From NCBI GenBank assembly GCA_026627305.1, contig JAPNVD010000035.1, positions 1 to 32,000 on the forward strand: DNA of 32,000 nt, read 5' to 3'. The position numbers and the translations under genes are program-made. Positions 26,422 to 32,000 of this stretch are shown here, piece by piece (within the stretch, counting starts at the first letter, position 1; each line of letters starts with the position of its first letter). Origin of the DNA: Sulfolobaceae archaeon (lineage in GTDB: Archaea > Thermoproteota > Thermoprotei_A > Sulfolobales > Sulfolobaceae). Below the pieces are notes generated by a model that searched no databases, was not told the DNA's origin, and saw only the letters and a program-made list of their open reading frames with translations.

Positions 26422-27744
26422 ATGGAAAACCTTGATGGAAGTATCCTTGATGCACCTGTAATCAAGGTCACACCTCCTGGACCTAAATCTCAGCAAATAC
26501 TAAAATACCAGGAAGAGTATGAGACTTCAGCACTCAATTACCCTAAATACTTCAAGATCGCTATAGATAGGGCACAAGGCTCAACTGTAGTTGATGTAGA
26601 CGGCAACGTTTACATCGATATGGTTACTGGAATATCAGTGTTAAATCTAGGCCATAACAATCCTTACATCAGGAAATATGTGGAGGAACAGCTAGATAAG
26701 GTTTGGCATACGTTAGAGGTACCAACTGAGACAAGGATTAACTTCAGCAAAAAACTATTGTCTACGCTAGACTTTAGAGCGAAGCTCCTTTTCACTACCA
26801 CTGGTGCAGACGCAGTAGAGGCTGCAGTTAAGATAGCCAGGTGGGCTACTAAGAGGAAAACTATCATTTCATTTGAGGGATCATACCATGGTATCACCGC
26901 TGGAACTCTAGGGTTTACAGGGGCTAATAGGTATAGAGAGTTTCAGGAGTTCTTCGATAATAGAGTTGTAAAGTTTCCCTATCCCTACCCATATAGGTGT
27001 CCATTTAAGGACTGTTTAAATGAGGTGTTAAGCTTAATAGACTATGCCCTATCTAATCCAGGATATTTAGGCAACGATGTGGCTGGAATACTGGTAGAAC
27101 CTATACAAGGGGAAGGGGGATACGTTGTACCACCAAGGGGATTCTTAAAGGGATTAAGGGAGATAGCTGATAAGCATGGAGTATTATTGATAGTAGACGA
27201 AGTTCAGACAGGTATGGGAAGGACTGGTAAGATGTGGGCTTATCAGTGGGAAGGTATTAAGCCAGACATCGTTACCATTTCTAAGTCTATAGGTTCAGGA
27301 ATACCTGTTTCTATGGTAGCGTTTAGGCAAGATCTAGATAATTTGCCTACAGGCTTTCACTTGGGAACTTATAGAGGGAATCCCCTCGGTTTAGCTGCGG
27401 GACTAGCATCTTTGGAGTTCATAGAGAAGTATGACATATTATCAAGGGTTCAGAGGCTCGGTGATAAAATACTGAAAGAGTTATCTGCAGGGGTGAAAAA
27501 TCCACACGTAGGGGATATAAGGGGGCTAGGGTTCATGATAGGAATAGAGCTAGTCAATAATGGAAAAACACCTTGGAGTGAAGGTACAAAGAAAGTGATT
27601 GAAGAATCTTTAAGAAGAGGATTGCTTGTATATAAAGCAGGTAGGTGGGATAACGTAATAAGGTTAATGCCACCTCTAACAATACCAGAGAAGCTGCTAG
27701 ATAGGTCTTTGGAAATTTTACAAACAACCCTTAACAATCTATAA
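26422..27744 (+). CDS. Class-III PLP aminotransferase (4-aminobutyrate / acetylornithine aminotransferase family)
   Basis: The motifs GSYHG, EPIQGEGG, DEVQTGMGRTGKMWA and the PLP-lysine context DIVTISKSIGSG are present. Confidence 0.85.
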   Translation: MENLDGSILDAPVIKVTPPGPKSQQILKYQEEYETSALNYPKYFKIAIDRAQGSTVVDVDGNVYIDMVTGISVLNLGHNNPYIRKYVEEQLDKVWHTLEVPTETRINFSKKLLSTLDFRAKLLFTTTGADAVEAAVKIARWATKRKTIISFEGSYHGITAGTLGFTGANRYREFQEFFDNRVVKFPYPYPYRCPFKDCLNEVLSLIDYALSNPGYLGNDVAGILVEPIQGEGGYVVPPRGFLKGLREIADKHGVLLIVDEVQTGMGRTGKMWAYQWEGIKPDIVTISKSIGSGIPVSMVAFRQDLDNLPTGFHLGTYRGNPLGLAAGLASLEFIEKYDILSRVQRLGDKILKELSAGVKNPHVGDIRGLGFMIGIELVNNGKTPWSEGTKKVIEESLRRGLLVYKAGRWDNVIRLMPPLTIPEKLLDRSLEILQTTLNNL

Positions 27745-27812
27745 TATGATTTTGTATAGTTTTCAATTTTCCCCTCCTTTAAAGTTTATATACTGATTTT
27801 TTTTATTTATTA

Positions 27813-29384
27813 ATGTATATGCCAGATGGTACTAAAAGGAGTTCAGCCTTCTTAAGGCAATCTTCAGGGCTAGTAAGAGAGTTTGGTCTTTTGGACGCAT
27901 TATGGTTTAATATAGCGCTGTTAGGACTACTATTCTCAACATACTATGTAGCATCCACAGGACCTCTAGTAGGGGGAAGTCCAATATTGGGATTAGTACT
28001 GCCATTTATAGGGTTCCTACTCGTTGGTTTAACGTTCTCTTATATAGGATCTAAAGTCCCAAGGGTTGCTGCAGATTATGTTTACGTCAGTAGGAACTTG
28101 CATCCAGCATTAGGTTTCGTTGGTAACGCAGGATATTTTTTAGCTACAGTACCGCTGTTCATGGGTATTACTGGAATAACGCTACAGACTTTCGGTCTAA
28201 TTCCTTTATTAACTATTTTAGGTTATTATACCCATAATTATGCATTGATATCATTGGGTTCAACTATAGACTCTAACACTTATCTTATCATGGCTATAGG
28301 AGCTGTCGAAATAGTGATAATGTCATTTATACCTGTTTTCGGAAATAAGTTCTATAGGGCTTTACAGTGGTTCGCAATACCACTAGCTCTAATAGCCGCT
28401 ATTGGGATGATAGTAGTAGAAGCAGTAGTACCTCACTCAGTTGCAATATCAAGATTAAATAACTTCGCCTTAGTGTATGCTAATGTTTCTGATCTACATC
28501 ATCAAGTCGTTTCAGCAAACGTCTCTGTACCGGCCTATTATAGTCTATACAACATCTTATCCCTAAACCCAGTATATGTTGTAGGATTCTCATACATAAT
28601 AAACACAGTCTACATTGCAGGAGAAGTTAGAAACCCCAAGAGGAGCATGCCATTTAGTATCTTGGGAACCTTAATTATAACAGGATTTATATTTACAGCT
28701 GCCCTAGCGTTAGAGTACTATCAACTAGGCTATTCATTTACAACGAAGATGATGTATTTAAGTATAGTCCAGGGAAGCCTACCTATTCCCACTCCATACC
28801 TAGACCTGATAGAAGGGATATCTAGCGGAAACGTAGTTTTAGGCGTATTGTTCGCGTTAGCAAGCATTATACAGCTTTTGATGTATTTAGCCGCAGCCTC
28901 ATTTGTGGGAAGTAGATTGTTACTATCTTATGCAATGGATAGGATAATGCCAGATTTCGTGGGATCAGTGAGCGAGAAAAGACATGTTCCAATTAACGCT
29001 ACTATAATATCAATGATAGCAGGGCTAATAGGACTAGTGTTATTTAGCCTACCTGTTACATCCGCTGGAGCATTCCTGCTCTCAAGCGTAGCAGTTGCAA
29101 TACTGATGCTTTTCCCCATGACTGTCGTAGCGATTGCGATATTGAAGACCGAGAAATCAAATAAGTTGATGAGGATAATCGCAGTCATGGCTATAGTTTA
29201 CCTAGTCTACACGTTCTACCAGTACTTAACTGTGCCAGCAATAGGAGCTGACAGCGTCGTGGGATATGGTATTTTGGCTGGATCTATTGCGGTGCTGTTC
29301 GCAATATTCTACATAGCTAAGTTCATAAGGACAAGACAAGGAATAGATTTCAACCTAATATTTACGGAACTGCCACCAGAATGA
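27813..29384 (+). CDS. APC-superfamily amino acid/polyamine permease
   Basis: The 523 aa protein has about 12 hydrophobic segments and an N-terminal LDALWFNIALLG region, typical of amino-acid permeases. Confidence 0.7.
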   Translation: MYMPDGTKRSSAFLRQSSGLVREFGLLDALWFNIALLGLLFSTYYVASTGPLVGGSPILGLVLPFIGFLLVGLTFSYIGSKVPRVAADYVYVSRNLHPALGFVGNAGYFLATVPLFMGITGITLQTFGLIPLLTILGYYTHNYALISLGSTIDSNTYLIMAIGAVEIVIMSFIPVFGNKFYRALQWFAIPLALIAAIGMIVVEAVVPHSVAISRLNNFALVYANVSDLHHQVVSANVSVPAYYSLYNILSLNPVYVVGFSYIINTVYIAGEVRNPKRSMPFSILGTLIITGFIFTAALALEYYQLGYSFTTKMMYLSIVQGSLPIPTPYLDLIEGISSGNVVLGVLFALASIIQLLMYLAAASFVGSRLLLSYAMDRIMPDFVGSVSEKRHVPINATIISMIAGLIGLVLFSLPVTSAGAFLLSSVAVAILMLFPMTVVAIAILKTEKSNKLMRIIAVMAIVYLVYTFYQYLTVPAIGADSVVGYGILAGSIAVLFAIFYIAKFIRTRQGIDFNLIFTELPPE

Positions 29385-29491
29385 AAAGTTTTTACTTAAG
29401 TAATTCATCATTTTTTGAACTATGCGCTTTTATTTCAGTTAAGCGATCAAACGAGACCATCATACTAGTAATAAAAACGCTTTAACTTCTC

Positions 29492-30412
29492 TTAAAGGGT
29501 TAATGATAGTACGCTCATCCCTTCGTATATAATATTAGCCGCTAACATAGTTGTTAACTCGCTTAAATCATAGGGAGGGGATACCTCGACCACATCAAAC
29601 CCCACTAGCCTCTTGAACCTGAGCTGTCTAATGAACTCAATAATCTCAAAGCTCGTAAGCCCGCCAACCTCTGGAGTACCTGTACCTGGGGCGAAAGCAG
29701 GATCTACAACGTCTATATCTATAGATATATACGTAGGACCTTCGAGCGAGTTTATCTCACTAATTATCTCTTTAACGTTATACTTCATATCCCTTATAGT
29801 ATAGCTCCTAATCCCTAGCCTCTTTTTATCATCTAGATCTTCCTTAGAAAACGTTGAAGCCCTTATACCCGCCTGAATCACGCTTTTGAGCAAACCTTCC
29901 TCTAGTGCTCTCCTGAGCCAAGTACCGTGAGTATACTTCTTCCCCCAGTATGAGTCCCAAAAATCATAGTGGGAGTCTAGATGGACTAGGTTAAGCTTTC
30001 CATACTTTTTGTTCATTGCCCTTAAGACCGGAAGTGTTATGGAGTGGTCTCCCCCAGCTATAAATGGAACGAAGTTCTCTCTTCTCGTAATTATGTCGTA
30101 TATATTGCTCTCTATTATCCTCATTGTATCGTCGATATACCCTGGAATTATATTCACATCACCCATATCGCACGCGTTTAGCTTATCTAATGGGTAAGTA
30201 TCTAAAAACTGGTTATATGGTCTTAATAATCTTGAACCCTGTCTAATTCCCATAGGACCGAACCTAGCACCAGGCCTATAGGTTGTTGCATCATCAAATG
30301 GTATACCTATAAACCCTGCCTTGACCTCCTCATCATCTCTACATATTGGCAATCTTGCAAATGTAGATATTTGCGTGAACCTAGGTGACTTTAAGGCGTC
30401 TATTTGCCTCAT
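29492..30412 (-). CDS. Ureohydrolase (agmatinase / guanidino-acid hydrolase family)
   Basis: The Mn-binding motifs GGDHSIT, DSHYD and SIDIDVVDPAFAPGTGTPE are present, in a 306 aa protein. Confidence 0.85.
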   Translation of the reverse strand: MRQIDALKSPRFTQISTFARLPICRDDEEVKAGFIGIPFDDATTYRPGARFGPMGIRQGSRLLRPYNQFLDTYPLDKLNACDMGDVNIIPGYIDDTMRIIESNIYDIITRRENFVPFIAGGDHSITLPVLRAMNKKYGKLNLVHLDSHYDFWDSYWGKKYTHGTWLRRALEEGLLKSVIQAGIRASTFSKEDLDDKKRLGIRSYTIRDMKYNVKEIISEINSLEGPTYISIDIDVVDPAFAPGTGTPEVGGLTSFEIIEFIRQLRFKRLVGFDVVEVSPPYDLSELTTMLAANIIYEGMSVLSLTL

Positions 30413-30718
30413 AAATTACTTTAATGTTACAGAATATTTGAAATTAACTAAGTTTTTCCACTTTGCACAGTTTAATACTCAAGACTTTGGTCAGATTAAC
30501 GAGGTGTTCAAGTATTGATAGGCTCATGATATCCTTTGTCGGATAATAGATGTGCAAAAAGTCCTGCCCTTCAGTTTGTATCCCTTAAAAATATTTATGA
30601 CGAGAACTTAGTATAATGTCTAAATCAAGTAGGCTTCTGCTCTACATCTCATATCTACAAAAGAAGGAGCGTATACCTTAGAAAAAGCTTTTAATTAATT
30701 ATATATAATTACTACTGT

Positions 30719-31693
30719 ATGGGATTGTTTAAGAAAAATAAGCCTGAATCAAACAAAATAGGAAGTCTTAAGATATTCTTCACAACTGATTTACACGGAT
30801 CAGAGACTGCTTTTAGAAAGTTTCTAAATACAGCCCTAATGACTAAGGCTGATGTTCTAATCATTGGAGGAGATCTAGCAGGAAAGGCATTAATTCCCAT
30901 AGTAGACTTAGGAGAAGGAAAGTATAGAGTTGAGGATAAAGTCGTAGGAAGAGAAGGTTTAGACGCGATTATAAAGGACTATAAATCAAAAGGCACTTAT
31001 TATACTATAGTTGATGAGAGAGGTTATCGTGAACTCGAGGAAAACAATAAGATGTTGGAGGAGGAGTTTAAGAGGGTGATCTTGGAGAGGTTGAGTGAAT
31101 GGGATAAGATAGCTGAGGAGAAACTAAGAGACACTACTCATGTCATCTACACAAACTTAGGTAATGATGACCCACTTTATATGTTTGACCTAATAAAACA
31201 GAGTGAAAGGTTTGTGAAGACTGAGGGAGAGGTTATAGATCTAAAAGGATATGAAATGATATCGTTTGGATATGTTAACCCAACTCCTTGGAATACACCT
31301 AGAGAGATGAAGGAAGAGGAAATATATTCCTATTTAAAAAGAGAGGCTAGTAAACTTCAGAGACCAGAGAGAGCAATCTTTAACTTACATGCACCACCTT
31401 ATGGCACTAACCTAGATAACGCACCACTATTAGATAAAAACCTCAAACCCGTGATAAGGGGTGGAGATATAGTAATGACGAATGTAGGTTCTACAGCTGT
31501 AAGGAAAATAGAGGAGGAGGTACAACCCCTTTTAGGGCTACATGGACACATTCACGAATCAAGGGGTTTCGATAAGATAGGTAGAATCCTTATAATAAAC
31601 CCAGGAAGTGAGTATAATTTAGGAGTCCTCCACGCAGCATACATAACACTAGAGGATAATAGGGTGAAAGTCCATCAGTTCGTCATAGGCTAA
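30719..31693 (+). CDS. Calcineurin-like metallophosphoesterase
   Basis: The motifs FFTTDLHGS, IIGGDLAGK, LGNDDP, NLHAPP and GLHGHIHES occur in the canonical order. Confidence 0.8.
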   Translation: MGLFKKNKPESNKIGSLKIFFTTDLHGSETAFRKFLNTALMTKADVLIIGGDLAGKALIPIVDLGEGKYRVEDKVVGREGLDAIIKDYKSKGTYYTIVDERGYRELEENNKMLEEEFKRVILERLSEWDKIAEEKLRDTTHVIYTNLGNDDPLYMFDLIKQSERFVKTEGEVIDLKGYEMISFGYVNPTPWNTPREMKEEEIYSYLKREASKLQRPERAIFNLHAPPYGTNLDNAPLLDKNLKPVIRGGDIVMTNVGSTAVRKIEEEVQPLLGLHGHIHESRGFDKIGRILIINPGSEYNLGVLHAAYITLEDNRVKVHQFVIG

Positions 31694-32000
31694 TTCACTT
31701 CATAAGAGGTGCCTAACATTTCTAAAGGCAAAGAACAAACTAGAAGTGTTCTTATAGCCAGTTGCTGCAAATCCTTTTTCAACTACAACTGTTATGTCAA
31801 CTTCATTCTATAAAGAGAATCTAAGCCATTTACTAGTAATCTCATATCTAGCCCTCTTCAAAACAATCTTCCATTACCTGAACAATTTTATTGTGCAAAA
31901 ATTCACCTACGTGCAGTAAATCTAAATAACTTATCTCTTTGTACAAGATCTCAGCGTTTATGATAGATTGAAGTTCATCAAATTCCATTTATATATAAAA

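Noticed and set aside
31824-31988. 54 aa minus-strand ORF (MEFDELQSIINAEILYKE...) followed by out-of-frame pieces (…NEVDITVVVEKGF…)
   Set aside because: It may be the remains of a broken gene near the window edge, but I cannot assign a family or reconstruct a consistent frame.

Overview
This window looks like an accessory, decaying region of a low-GC crenarchaeal chromosome of Sulfolobales type. The organism call is an inference from AT-rich TATA-like boxes about 25 nt upstream of apparently leaderless ATGs, GGTG-type Shine-Dalgarno motifs inside operons, TnpB-only IS elements and archaeal gene content. Housekeeping and metabolic genes that look intact are: an HMA metallochaperone, an ETHE1-like MBL hydrolase, a TrmB regulator, a class-V aminotransferase, a rhodanese plus TusA-like pair, two tandem TatA-like genes, a sulfite reductase plus uroporphyrinogen-III methyltransferase, an Lrp / class-III aminotransferase / APC permease / ureohydrolase cluster, and a metallophosphoesterase. 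The region is heavily scarred by IS200/IS605/IS607-type elements. These comprise one IS607-like element (orfA with two in-frame stops, tnpB frameshifted), two inverted degenerate copies of a roughly 1.2 kb TnpB-only element, one tnpB 3' fragment, and at least 7 orphan 35-55 nt right-end-like hairpin repeats ending in GGAAGTCAG. Many genes look broken: two MFS transporters, cysH, a membrane glycoprotein and a coiled-coil/PD-(D/E)xK gene. The most interesting locus is an orphan two-gene operon at 6455-9224. It encodes a protein of about 367 aa with no motif I recognise, followed by a 553 aa protein with three internal ~33 aa repeats and a C-terminal Hjc/restriction-endonuclease-like PD-(D/E)xK motif. 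The operon sits exactly between the two inverted TnpB element copies. A vapBC module flanked by two IS right-end scars and a start-less DUF4258-like ORF lie nearby. I found no rRNA, tRNA or CRISPR array. All calls come from reading the translations and the sequence; no database search was possible.
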